DNA of 64,000 nucleotides, taken from NCBI GenBank assembly GCA_951804945.1, contig OX638159.1:43276001-43340000 (forward strand). Reading direction: 5' to 3'. This stretch comes from Podarcis cretensis (Eukaryota). The notes under the pieces are model-generated. The model searched no databases. It was not told where the DNA came from and saw only the letters and a program-made list of their open reading frames with translations. Made by a program: the position numbers and the translations under genes. Positions 1-11,597 of the stretch are shown piece after piece (the stretch's first letter is position 1; every line of letters starts with the position of its first letter).

Positions 1-255
1 TAGAATTGCAACCCTAAATATACATTCCTACAAGTAAGCATCTCATAATATATTGGAACCTATTTCCGTGTAAACATGTGGATTGCACTGCAGTTTATTG
101 TACACTTCTTTCAATATCTCATAGACACACATGTGACTTTGATTAAATACAAATTTATTTATCTGTCAAACAGTAGATAGGTAGATGGTTAAGTTCTTTA
201 ATCAGTTGATAGCTTTCTTAAGGAAGACAGAATGGGTAAATAAAAACACTCTTAC

Positions 256-528
256 CACACAAGCATCTTTTCCCCCCTTGTCATCTCCTGCACACAACAT
301 GTTACTTGTCACATACATCGAATGCTTATAGTGATTCTCATCATTGCAGACACTTCTCTGAATAACAGTGACATTAACTTCACGAAGCATAGTAGATATA
401 TTCCTGCTTTTGTTATCAGTAATTCCCCACCCAGCTACTAGACACTGTGTTCCTGCCTCAACATCATTGGAAGTGCTAGGAAGCTCAATGCATTTGACAT
501 GTCGGTCAATCTTCGCACTTTTCTCCAT
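256..528 (-). CDS. Granzyme A/K-like serine protease, exon 4 (S1 Asp189); exon 5 with GDSGGP is outside the window
   Basis: Translates MEKSAKIDRHVKCIELP...CLVAGWG...LREVNVTV...NMLCAGDDKGGKDACV. 273 nt, phase 0->0, TTTAAG acceptor, GTAAGA donor. D189 in KDAC indicates tryptase specificity (granzyme A/K group). Confidence 0.95.
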
Positions 529-1385
529 CTTAAAGGAATCATAAAAGGAAATAGTACTTATAAACAGAGCACAATTGAATAATCTCATTTTAGACTTCCT
601 TTTATTTTATAGTACATTGTAAGACCTATAACATATTTGTAATATAATGTACAACATTTGTTTCTCCTAATGATTCAGTGACAAACAGCGTTACTACAGA
701 TGATCAAAGAATCAGGAATTAGCAGTTCCAAGATCAGAAATCCCTACCTGCTTAACTACACACCTGCACCTGCACAATATTACTATTATACCATATGATA
801 ATGAGTTATCTAAATGATTCAGCCTTCAGCTACTTAAAAAAAAAATCTGCAGGAGAAACCAGTCATCAGTCTCTAATGAGATGTCAGTGGCGCCCATTGG
901 GCTTGGTAGAGCTGAGGGCTGGGAGACCAACAGTAGGTGGAGCCAATGACAAGCAGAGCCAACTAATTCTATTTTTGGATCCATCCTTATTGCTGACTTC
1001 TACAAGGGCAATATTGAGACTAAGGAGGAAGCTCTGCTTTATGCTTCTTGTAGAAGTTGCTTAAGCTCAGGCTTTGGCAAGTCTCCCAGGAAAACTCATA
1101 TAACTAAGCAGGCTGAATAAGAACAGCCAGATGACGATCACTAATTTTGCCAAAGAATAACACTAACACTTTCCTATGCTTTCTAGTTGAATAACCAACT
1201 AAGGCTGTATTATGTTTCCCATTGAACTCTGTGGGGCTTACCCCTGAGTAGACATGTGCATTGATTACACTGTTGCCTATTTAAAATTTAAGGCATCCAA
1301 TTCACTTGACAAGAAAGATATTTAGAAAGATAAGTATAAAATTAATTTTTTGCCCCCAGAATATTCACATTCCATTTAAAAGTAC

Positions 1386-1539
1386 CTTCAAAAGCATAAT
1401 ATCATTTTCCAACGTCTTTTCATTATATTGTGGGTGACCATATCTTCCAATAATTTTAATGCGTTGTTGTTTTTTTCCAGTTAGTGAATGAGCACCAAGA
1501 AAAACTATTGCTTGTGGAATTGATTTTTTTCTTTCTTTT
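1386..1539 (-). CDS. Granzyme A/K-like serine protease, exon 3 (Asp102)
   Basis: Translates (P)KERKKSIPQAIVFLGAHSL...ENDIMLLK, with LGAHS and DIMLL motifs. TTTTCAG acceptor, GT donor, phase 2->0. Confidence 0.93.
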
Positions 1540-1689
1540 CTGAAAAGATAAAAAAAAAATAAAGATTTGGTCAACATTTGCTTCTAGCAAGTGCATTAAT
1601 ATTTGTTTTGCACTCTCCTTTGCCTTTCACAATATTCTTGAGTCTGTGTTGTCATACAGTACATTTCACACTCTGCATACTGCATACTT

Positions 1690-1775
1690 AGGCTGCAGTC
1701 TGAAACATACTTACTTAGGAGTAAGTCCCACTAGACACAATGGCCCTTCTGAATAAACGTGTAAGATTTTGCTGT
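1690..1775. repeat. Short quasi-palindromic interspersed repeat (ACTTAC...GAGTAAGTCCCATTG family); related copies near 4-90, 1203-1272, 4240-4325, 7080-7140, 17310-17385, 41830-41900
   Basis: Recurring motif CATACTTAC..GGAGTAAGTCCCA..AATGG..TCTGAGTAGAC..GGATTGCA at several places in the window. Confidence 0.55.
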
Positions 1776-2075
1776 TTTTTTAATCCATTTTGAACTTAAT
1801 CGTCTATATAAATAGTACAGGATATAATACCCCATTGTTTACTGTGTGGTTGAGAAGCCAAAGTCTACTGGGCATTGCACAGAAAGGTATGAATGGAAAG
1901 CCAGTGTCTGTTTCCTGATACGGAAGACGTCGTAATATCTGAAAGACTGCCTCTTTCCCAACAGATGCCCTTGGCTGTTAAGATCAGCAGAGATTCCTCT
2001 TAGTAGTGCTGCTGCCCATGGAAGTTCAGCGGATGGCAGCCCAAAAGATGGTATTCTTTGTAGGAGACCCTAAGC

Positions 2076-2582
2076 CAGAGGTTTTCAACCTTTTTGAGTA
2101 CATGGCTCCCTTGACCAACTACATTCTTTCTTCGGCATCCCTGTGGGGCTCAGGAGCCCAGTTATGTCACCCTTGCCTGCAGAGCTGGCAGCCTCTCATC
2201 TTTTTCCAAACACACTCCCTTGTGGAGTGTTTCCTCAGCCTCCTCCTCCCCTCTCCTTGGGAGTCCTCTGGGCAGCCACAGTTGCCGCCCCTGGTCTCTT
2301 AGCTGCTGCCCCCTGCCCCAAAGGTAGCTGCCTCCTGACACTGCCCCATAGGGGCCTGGGAAGCGCTCCCTGGCCAGCCCCACAGGCATCATTCACTGGG
2401 GGAGCTTGTAGCCAGGGCTGCTGCAATGATCAGCTGTGCAAGCCTTTGGGAGGCAGGGATGCAAGAGGGCATCAGAGGAGGAAGGGAAGGAAAGAGGGAC
2501 AGAAGCCAGTGTTGCCCACAGCACCCATGGCCATCATTCAAGGCACCCCAGGATGCCACAGCACACTGGTTGAAAACCACTG
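2076..2582. mobile_element. Non-autonomous hAT (Charlie-type) DNA transposon in granzyme intron 2
   Basis: TIRs CAGAGGTTTTCAACC / GGTTGAAAACCACTG. Perfect 8-bp TSD CCCTAAGC at 2068-2075 and 2583-2590. Confidence 0.9.
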
Positions 2583-3385
2583 CCCTAAGCTGTGGAATTC
2601 CCCCTCAAACAGAGGTGCATCTGACTCCTTCATTGAATAGCTTTGGCCTTTGAATTGACCCAAAAAGATTTTTCATCTGGGGCCCTCTTGGAATATCCTG
2701 GGGCCCCCGTTTGGAAACATTGCTCTACACCTATCAAGTTAAGACTTCTAGAAGTTAAAAACAGCTACATTCACTCTATATTTTTATACAGTAGTTCATT
2801 AAATCTTCTCCACTGTTTTAACACTATGAACTTGGGTCCATAAAAGGTTCTGTTCCCCCATCCTTGAAATCAAGCTTGAGGAACTCTGGAAAAGTTATTT
2901 GCAGGAGTTTGCTGGCTGATAAAACATCTTCACCACTTCTCTTGTAAAATAGCTGCCACAGCTTTGTACCAGTAAATTACCTACAGGTTTCAGTATATTG
3001 ACTAGCACAGTAACCAAGCTGGGTGTGTGTGTCACATTTCTACTGGAATCATCTTCATCTTCCATCATAATGAAGTGTTGACTTGCACATGTGATGTGAG
3101 CCATTACAGATTAAACATCACAGATAAAGCGTACACATTGAGCTATGAGTGATCACGTTAATCTTTCAAGCACTGGAAAATCAAATTTATGTGCATGCCT
3201 TTGTGAAACAGCCACAAATACTAAGTAGTCAAGTGACATGCAATTGTGTGTCCTTTGTAAAAGTGTTAACTTCATAATAATCTGCACTGCTTTGAACTTG
3301 GGACCACAAAATGAAATGTTACCCAGATTTTCAACCCGCACTGCAATATCACATTGCACTTAAGTCACGAATCCATGATTTACTG

Positions 3386-3531
3386 CAGAGTGGCTAACGA
3401 CCTGTGGCTTTTTGGATGTTGCTGGATTACAACTCCCATCATTACTGACTATACTGGCCATGCTGGCTGAGGCTGATGAAAGTTGGAGACCTGCAATATC
3501 TAGTCCTGAATACCACAAGTTGCCCAACCCT
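3386..3531. mobile_element. Diverged palindromic hAT MITE (ACTACAACTCCCATCA-core family)
   Basis: Shares the GGATTACAACTCCCATCA...GGCTGATG core with the copies at 19894, 29339 and 32073. Ends in CAACCCTG. Confidence 0.6.
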
Positions 3532-3718
3532 GATCTACTGGATTTTTTTGCCATTCTCATTTTCTTGGATCTTACAGCAGGCAGCTACTACTAGCAGCTC
3601 ACACTAGGAGGCAAAGGCTGTGACCTGACAGAATAACAACTAAAGGGCTTGCCTAAAGGGCCATGCAAAACTATACCAGGAAGAACTTTGAAGAATAGAC
3701 ATACTTCTCTATACTTAC

Positions 3719-3872
3719 GGAAAACAATGAGCTGCTGTTAACACCCAGTTCCTTTTAATCAAAGTACCTCCGCATAAGGATGTGTTACCTTCAACACGTA
3801 TAATGAGGGCAGCCATATAAGGTCTTGAGTGTGGAACTGATTCTTTGCCCCCAATTATATCTGTAGATTGAC
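3719..3872 (-). CDS. Granzyme A/K-like serine protease, exon 2 (propeptide, IIGG N-terminus, His57)
   Basis: Translates (G)[22 protein letters not shown]...[18 protein letters not shown], with the PHSRPYMA granzyme signature and TAAHC motif. CTTAG acceptor, GTAAGT donor, phase 1->2. Confidence 0.95.
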
Positions 3873-5674
3873 CTAAGTAGAAATAAGACACACTAATCAA
3901 ATTGTGTTATATATGCTGTGCTTCAGATTAAAGGTTAATGTAATTGTGTTAAAGCACATGCTGATAGGCACATCAATGGAATTTTATGTTGATTCAATGG
4001 CATGCTGGATATTAGGACATCAGTTAATGCTCCTGAAGCCTAATTCAAACACTTTTGGCATAGTCGCTGCTCAAAACTGCAATGGTGTGATTGCATGGGC
4101 ATGCAAACATTTAAATGCTGTTCCCACAAAAGTTGATGACAGATAGCCTGCAACGTTTATGAGCCTGCATCACATCCATGCAGCGGCCCAGAAGTAATCA
4201 CTCCTGTGGGATTGGGAGACCCACAATTGTAGTCAACCAACTGTTACTCAGAGTAGACCCATTGGGATTAAGTGACTGAAGTTAATTGCCATTAATTTCA
4301 ATGGATCTTCTCTTGAGTAAAAACCCCAGCATGGAAAAGGGTTTTATTTTTCATCCCAACAACATGGGACTTTGGCCATATGATTGAAAATAGAACATTG
4401 ACATAGAACTGATAATTCTTTTCTGTGGTGTTATACTTTCCAGATGCTATAAACAAAATGTTGGGTGGGCCCAAGTCCCATTAAAATAACAAAGATTTAG
4501 TAAATAGTAAGTACCTAAATAGCAATAGTTTACAAGGAATTTATATATGCTTAAACCTTTTTCAGTCTGCTTGTTTTCTCGTTCTCTTTTTGTCTAGCTT
4601 TACAGATGCAGCAGAATGAAGTGGGGAAAAGTGGATAATCTGTAACATTTCAGATGGAAGAGGTGATCACATTTTTTAAATCCCTCTGACATACTGTACT
4701 TCAAAAGCTCCCTGCAAGTAGAAAGCTAGCATGACAGAGGTAGTGCTAGGCTAAAACCTCTCTGCCCGATGTGCTTATTTTCTTCTTGCAGGGTAGGTTT
4801 TTCAGATAACACCCATCCCCCAGCAATTGGAAGTAGCTCTGTCCCTTCTGTCTTGAATTTATTATAGTCAATTTAATGCAGGTGCCTGGCAAAAAAATTC
4901 CATTTTCCTAGGCTTTAAGAACTGCTAAATTTTAATTTAGATTAATTATGAGTTTGCAGTCTAATTGAATGGACTCTTCCTGTTTTCCTTTGTATCCTTT
5001 ATTTTATTTTTCAAAAGTATTGCACATTTATTATGCTACTTCATTAGCTGCCCTGGAAACATACATTTCTGCTGCAAGTGTGGGATATAAATTATGTAGA
5101 GAAGCAAAATAAAGTTTTGCTTTGGCAGAGCAGTCTTAACTAGTGGCTTCAAGGTACTTCCTGCCAGCCACAGTGTAAGGTGGACAGCTTCTGCAATTTT
5201 TTTTTTATTATTATTATTTTGCTGTACTAGCTCCATGCAGAGGTGCCCAAATCAGCCCTTCTCCAGAAGCTGGATCCATGGCTTGCCTAGCTCTCGCCTA
5301 GCTGCCATGACATCCCTTTTTGGAGCACACTGTTTGCAGTAGAATTGCCTCTGCCGCAACACTTTATGTGGCCATATTTGCCCCTTTCAATGCATGTTCT
5401 GAACTTACTGACATGGCAGCTTATCTGCCTGAATTTGAAATCTTTTAACAGCAGCACAGGTTCTACCTACTTGCCATTATCTGTCAGTGGTAACTCCTTC
5501 AAATAGGGAATGGCTGGACAGCCAGGTTTTGCAAACTTGACAAGAGGGAGGTAAGTCTTGTAGAATGCAGGTATTGAGGGATATCAGAAATCCCATGAAT
5601 CTGAAGCCAGCCCTGTTTTCCTTACACTGAATGTGTTGCTGAGGGAAGACAAAACAGATGTAGAACTAACTTAC

Positions 5675-5735
5675 CAGTCTGAATTTTGAAGAGAAAATAA
5701 GTCGCCGAGAAGGACAAAACCAAGAAAAGCCCCAT
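5675..5735 (-). CDS. Granzyme A/K-like serine protease, coding exon 1 (signal peptide MGLFLVLSFSATYFLFKIQT-G)
   Basis: Minus strand reads CCACC-ATG-G (strong Kozak), 20 mostly hydrophobic codons, then G|GTAAGT donor (phase 1). This joins in frame to exon 2 (G+GT=Gly). TATA box about 45 bp upstream. Confidence 0.85.
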
Positions 5736-5779
5736 GGTGGTGGTAACTGCTTTGAGTCCCCTTCAGAACATGTGCCTGC

Positions 5780-5818
5780 TATATATAGGTTGACTATCTG
5801 AAGGAAGTGAGCTGTGGG
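5780..5818 (-). promoter_or_regulatory. Granzyme core/proximal promoter: TATA box with adjacent GATA, ETS and RUNX-like motifs
   Basis: TATATATA at 5780-5787, 45-52 bp upstream of the ATG. AGATAG at 5794-5799 (minus), AGGAAGTG ETS core at 5802-5809, TGTGGG RUNX-like at 5813-5818. ETS and RUNX sites are typical of cytotoxic-lymphocyte granzyme promoters. Confidence 0.6.
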
Positions 5819-5916
5819 TTTTTTTTTCTTTCTCCTTTCCCCCCTCAAATTATTCTACCTTTTGCCCCTCCCCTAGCCAAGATCAATAATAGCAAAAGTA
5901 TCGTGCACAGTTGTTG

Positions 5917-5919
<3 letters not shown>

Positions 5920-5953
<34 letters not shown>

Positions 5954-5960
5954 TGTGTGT
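5920..5960. repeat. (GT)n microsatellite upstream of the granzyme promoter
   Basis: Visible directly in the sequence. Confidence 0.9.
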
Positions 5961-8900
5961 AGCATTGTTCCCTGGGTTATATGGACAAATAGAGAAATTT
6001 GAGAAGGTTAAGGAAAAGGCAGGCAAAAATATTATAAATTAATGGGAAAAACTGAGTCTGTGTTTCCTCTACTCCAGTAGGGGACATATAGGAATATTTG
6101 CTGACAGTATACATAAACAACTTTTATTACTCATGTTCCAATAAGGTGTTTATATTTCTGTGACCTAAAATAGCATTTATAAATAATGAGATAATATTCA
6201 CATATACAGTTCTGTAAATTTTGTTTGATGTTATATTTGTGTATCCAATTACCTTATATCTGCATTTTGTTTGATTTTTCTATTGTTCATAGCATTATTT
6301 GTAATATATAAACATTTAATAATAACAAAATGGGGGAAATGGGTGGTTTCCAAGTGTAAGGGGGAAAGCAATGGGGATTCTTTCCATGTGGGTGCCACAT
6401 CCATTCTGAGCATCTTGACTAAATCTTACTTATATTGAAAGCAGTACAGGTGCACAGCTAGCAATTGAAATACCATGCCAATTAAGACAAATATGTGACT
6501 TGCTGCTGTGAGTCTCAGCAGCTGTTAATTTTAGAAGTGTCTGTCCTGTGTTGCTTCACATAAACATGGGAGGCGGGGGGAAACAGCAAAGCACCTGGGT
6601 TTTTGCAGTGCCACATACTTCTACTCCTCCACCCCTCTAGACTTGGCTCCCCATTAAAGTCCTGTGAACAAGAGCTGGTTGACATCTGTTGTTGGTGAGA
6701 AGCTCATTGAAAGGTGCTAAGGGCTTTGCAAGTGTGATTTTAACGTTTTGCAACAGATGCCAAAATATCCAAGACCAGCACTGGCACTCTGCTACCGTGA
6801 ACATGTAGATATGCCCACAGATGTCCAGGTAAATGAAACTTAACAGATGCTGGCATTTTAATGATTGCATTAGGTCTTCACGGACTCTGGTTCATAAGTG
6901 GTGTATGTGTGTTTTATAAGATTGTATTTACACATTATTTACAGTTGAGTTTGTCCCTAATGCAACTTTCAAAGCTGTTTCCCTCAAAGAGCACTATCCA
7001 ACGAAAGTTAAGTTAAGTTAAAGTCCAGTTTTCTGTTAATAGGATAGATTTGCAGCATAGTCTGAATCATCTTTGGCCAACACTTAAGTCCTGTTCAGTA
7101 GAATTTACTCTCTAGAAAGTGCATAGGATTACAACCACATTTTTAATTCTTGTTCACTGAAATCAATGTGGAGAGTGCTTAACTGGCTGGATTGTGTCCA
7201 GAGTTACGATTCCTATGGGAGAAGCTGGATTGCTCTGTAAAAGTGAGAAGTTTTATTTGGGCTGTTTGCTTGTGCTGTTTCAGCAGCAGCTTTATGAGCT
7301 CGTTGAGTGGCCAGAATATCTTAAAATTGTTACTTAAAGTAAGAAGCTGTTTTTATATGTCCATATAACACCAACTAAATGTTGGTGTCAGTTTTCATTT
7401 TACTCAAATCATTGGTCTATATTTTTTTTTAAGTCGCTGTGAGCTAATGTGAGCTGTCTTACTGCAATTAACATACAACTTTAAACCTTACTGAAAGAGC
7501 GATTCCCACAACTGCACATAAATATGCACATCTAAATTTAAATTGCCTTTGTCTGGCCTAAGGAAGGGCACTTGGTATTTTTAAACTAAAAAAAAAAAAA
7601 AAGCGTCTAGGGAGCAAAGTAAGGTTATTTTGAAATCAGCCTTCAACAAATGTGTCAGTAAAATATAAATAGATTACATGTTAATAACATTTTCCCAGGG
7701 TTGCAGTTTACCTGATCTAAAGAAAAATAACTGTGTTGCTACCTTCAGATTCAGAACAAGTTGTCTAGCACAAGCTGCATTTAACTCCCTGTTCCCCCAC
7801 GAAAGGTTCCATTAAGCTGGTTTCTCATCCGGTGTATATCTCAATATAATAAAAAATAATTTGTCATTCAAAGTGGCACTATAGTTGCTTTCTTTCTAAC
7901 AGTAAGAGCAGATGGCTGAATCCAACAATGGTTGGATGAACTGTATATTTGCCTCTCTTCAATGGATCTTCCACAATACTGATAGCCTTGACTTTTTTTT
8001 AAAAAAAGTATTTTGGTTTGTTACTTTTTAATAGGGCATGTGCTGTACTTTCAAATTGGAGAAAGGCAATGTTAAAGCAATGTGTGGTAATATTTGTTAA
8101 ATCGTATACTGCCTTATATTTCAGAGAAGCCATTAGTTTTCTCAAAGTCGCTTTCCAGGAGGAGAGGCAGCATATAACATATATTCAGATTAAAGCACCA
8201 AATAGTTAATTTACTAAAATATTTAAATGGCTGAAATCACTAATAAGGGTGCACCACTAAAACAGCCACTTATTTTAGCCATAGCACAATACACCCATTT
8301 GGACTGGTGGTGCATGATGGCTGTGCTTTTTCTTTCTTTCCCCCTTTTTTCTCTGTACCCATGGCAGGGAAGGGTCATGTGTGAAATGGCCATAAGCAAA
8401 TGCAGGTATAAACATATATTTTTAGCATAAGGTGCCCATCTGTTCATAATGTGTCTTTTAAGTTATTACAGGAGGTAGAGCAACAAAAGTTTAACCAGGG
8501 GAAAACTTTTCTATTTGTAGGTGAGGTTAGAGTGCTAACATCAAAACTGGAAGGAAGCTAAAATAACTCTGGCGTACGTGCTACATACACTTTAAAATAT
8601 TTTTAGGATTTAATATGGGATTTGTATTGCCAATTGTATACGTTTTCATAGTGGAAAATGATATGCCCCAGTTCTTTTGTAGAAAGGTCAGGTATATTAA
8701 GATGAGCATTCCTTGCTGATCCAACTTCTCAGCATAGTAACTATAACACTGAAGAAAGGCGGAGCAGCAGCACTAGACTTGACCTTGTGTACTTGTTTTT
8801 ACCATGAATAGTCAGCTGGCAAACAAAAGAGCTCTGTGTGAGGGGGCACTAGTTGAAATTTACCCTACTTTTTTCTTATTTATCTTGTTGCACGTGCTTC

Positions 8901-10059
8901 CTAAGAAACAAACAAAAAAATCACTGGGTGACATTTAAATGTGTCAGCCCATTTGCACAATGGAATTCGGCCTGTGCCAATGACATTTCCCCTTCCTTTC
9001 CTTTCCCCTGCTGCCCCCTCCCCCCAAAAAACCCTTCATTAAAATATGTCAGTTCCTTCACATAAGGACACAGGAATCTACCTTATACTGAGTCAGGCAG
9101 TTGGTTCATCTAGTTCAGTTTTGTCTACACTAGGGGTAGCCAACATGGTGAATTATGGACTCTCCTACTTCACAGCTAACTCTTCAGTAACAAATGTTTG
9201 CTGACAGTTTCACAGGGATTCTAGCATTTTGGAAGGCTTTTATGCCACATACCTCAAAACTATCCTCTTAGATGCATGTACTTAACTTTTTGCAGGATGA
9301 AACACTGAGATTCCAAAGGATTATATTACAACAAATTTAATAACTTACCCATGCAGACTTGAGGTTACAGTGAGTAACTTGATTACGGTAAATCAAGTGG
9401 TAATGTCAGTTGCTGTATCTTACAGTGTCCTGTTCTGGGTGTCATGGATGGTTAAAGTGGTATAGATTATCTCTTGGTTCTCAGAAGTGAAATGGTAGGT
9501 TAATAACTGTCACAATTGTCAGGCACGCATATATGCTACCAAATTTGGTAGGATATTGGGTGCTGCCACTATACTGATGACACCCTGCTCTATTTCTTGT
9601 CATCTTAATCGGGTGAGGTCATGCACATTCTGGTCCAGTGTCTGGTCATTGCAATGAGTTGGACGTGGGTGTCTAAATTCAAAACTGAATCCTGATAATA
9701 CAGATGCTGTGTTATCCTGGGTCCAGGAATTAAGTGTTCTTGACAGGGTTGCATTATGCCTGAAATAACATGCATATCCTGGGGGCTAGATTCCACCTTT
9801 TGACTGAAACCCTTGTGTCATAAATGGCAAGGCATGCTTATCCCCAACTATGGTTGCTGTTGGACTGAGATAGTCTGGGCACAGTAACCCATTCTCAAAT
9901 AACTTTTTATTTAAATCCATTCCAATCCATCTTCAGGCCTGGCCGTGGGACTGAGAGTGAGACAGGGTGTGTGTTGCCTAGCTGCTGCTGCTTCAGCTTC
10001 TTGATCTCTCTGCAGATTTCAGTACCATGGTATCCTTCTGGAAATTGGGCACACTATGC

Positions 10060-10460
10060 TACAGTTGTCCTACCTAACCCACAGGCCCTTAACAGCTGGG
10101 GACCAATTTACTTGCAGGATCACCTTATTGACTGCTTTGATCTGCGGACCTGGCACTGTTTCAGGGGCCACATGTGCCACATAAAATGACTTCTGCAGTT
10201 GTAAGAAATTGATCTTATAGTGTGGGAGCAGCACCATTTTGAAACTTCCTTAGCTATTGACACTAGGCAGACACCTTTTTTCAGCACCTGCTTAAAACAT
10301 TTTTGATCAGGCAAGCCTCTCCAGACATATACATGTTGACGTGTTGTAATTTTTTACTGTGAATTTTATTTTATTTTAATTTAATCTTTTAAATCTTTTA
10401 AATTACTTGTTTTAAAATGATAATTTAATATCTCTTGCAAACTACTTGGAGGTTTTATTA
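10060..10460 (+). mobile_element. L2-type LINE 3' fragment
   Basis: GGGACCAATTTACTTGCAGGATCACC...CACCTGCTTAAAACATTTTTGATCAGGCAAGCC then a T-rich tail, resembling squamate L2 3' ends. Family assigned from recall, not a search. Confidence 0.55.
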
Positions 10461-10463
10461 CAG

Positions 10464-10466
<3 letters not shown>

Positions 10467-10500
<34 letters not shown>
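10467..10500. repeat. (GT)n microsatellite
   Basis: Visible directly in the sequence. Confidence 0.9.
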
Positions 10501-10502
<2 letters not shown>

Positions 10503-10774
10503 TTGAAATAAAATGCTGTATATTATAGAATAATATGTATCATTAACATTTACAGGAGGAATGTAAATAGGAGAGGAATATAAAGGAAGAGGAGAGAGGA
10601 GAGGATTAACGAAAATTGAGCGGTAGGTTAGAGGTTTATTGGAAAAGAGGAAGAGCATGATGAATAGGGTGAGGAAGAACATTTCAAGTGGTGTGGAAGG
10701 AGAGCTGGGGCAGTGGGAAATGAAGAAATCCTGGGGTTTGACAAGTAGGAAAAAAATAGCAGGAATGGAATGCA

Positions 10775-10817
<43 letters not shown>
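10775..10817. repeat. (CT)n(GT)n compound microsatellite
   Basis: Visible directly in the sequence. Confidence 0.9.
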
Positions 10818-10823
<6 letters not shown>

Positions 10824-11545
10824 CTTCTCCTGAGTCTTATATACTTGAATAACTCAAAATGTAATTCTGGAGGTTTTCAGAAAAAGAAGCTGGGGTATGG
10901 CTAGGGCCCTATCAAACTAGGCAGCCAGGGAGTCCTTTGGAGCCAGGGAACTGAGCTGTGCTGGGAAGCCTGGGTGGGGGCCAGCATTCAGCAGGCAGCT
11001 GGAGTCAGCCAGGAGTTTCATTGCTCAGCCATGTTCTCTCTGGCTCTGCTCCCCGGCCTGATTGCCAATCTCTGCAATGACCTTTGCTCGTGTGCTGCTT
11101 ACACGCCAGTGTGTGCTAATGCTGCAGTTTGGTTTCCAGCTTGGAACCACTTGTGCTGCTTGCACGAAATGCCTCTGCTACTTCATTGTTTAAGAGAGAT
11201 GATCTTGTCCAGCCTCCTTGAACTGCACAAGAGATTAACTCTCCTTTTGGTTTAAATCCAAGTCTCTTCTAGGGGAAAATGTGTTTGATTATCCATCTCT
11301 TCATCGAGTTAGGAAAATGTCCTTTTCCATTAAGTCTCTTGCCTCATTTTGGCTAGTTTGACTATTCATAGGTCTCGCCTAATCCCCTCCCCCCTCCAAA
11401 TCATTCAAAGCTGTCTTTCTTGCTTTTAATTCCAACTAATGTTACTTTTAGTAATTACTTATGGGTTAAAACTCCATTTACAAAGAACAGTTTGAGATTA
11501 TTTAAATTAAAGCTGAACTCTAACAATTTGCAAACTGACTGATTA

Positions 11546-11597
11546 TAGATAGATAGATAGATAGATCCGTGTGTGTGTGTGTGTATGTGTGTGTGTG
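11546..11597. repeat. (ATAG)n plus (GT)n compound microsatellite
   Basis: Visible directly in the sequence. Confidence 0.85.

Noticed and set aside
1-255. Search for granzyme exon 5 (GDSGGP)
   Set aside because: Not present. The gene is taken as cut by the window edge rather than a pseudogene, since exons 1-4 are open with intact splice sites.
2006-2653. Cluster of ORFs up to 165 aa
   Set aside because: Coincides with the GC-rich hAT element; no recognisable protein.
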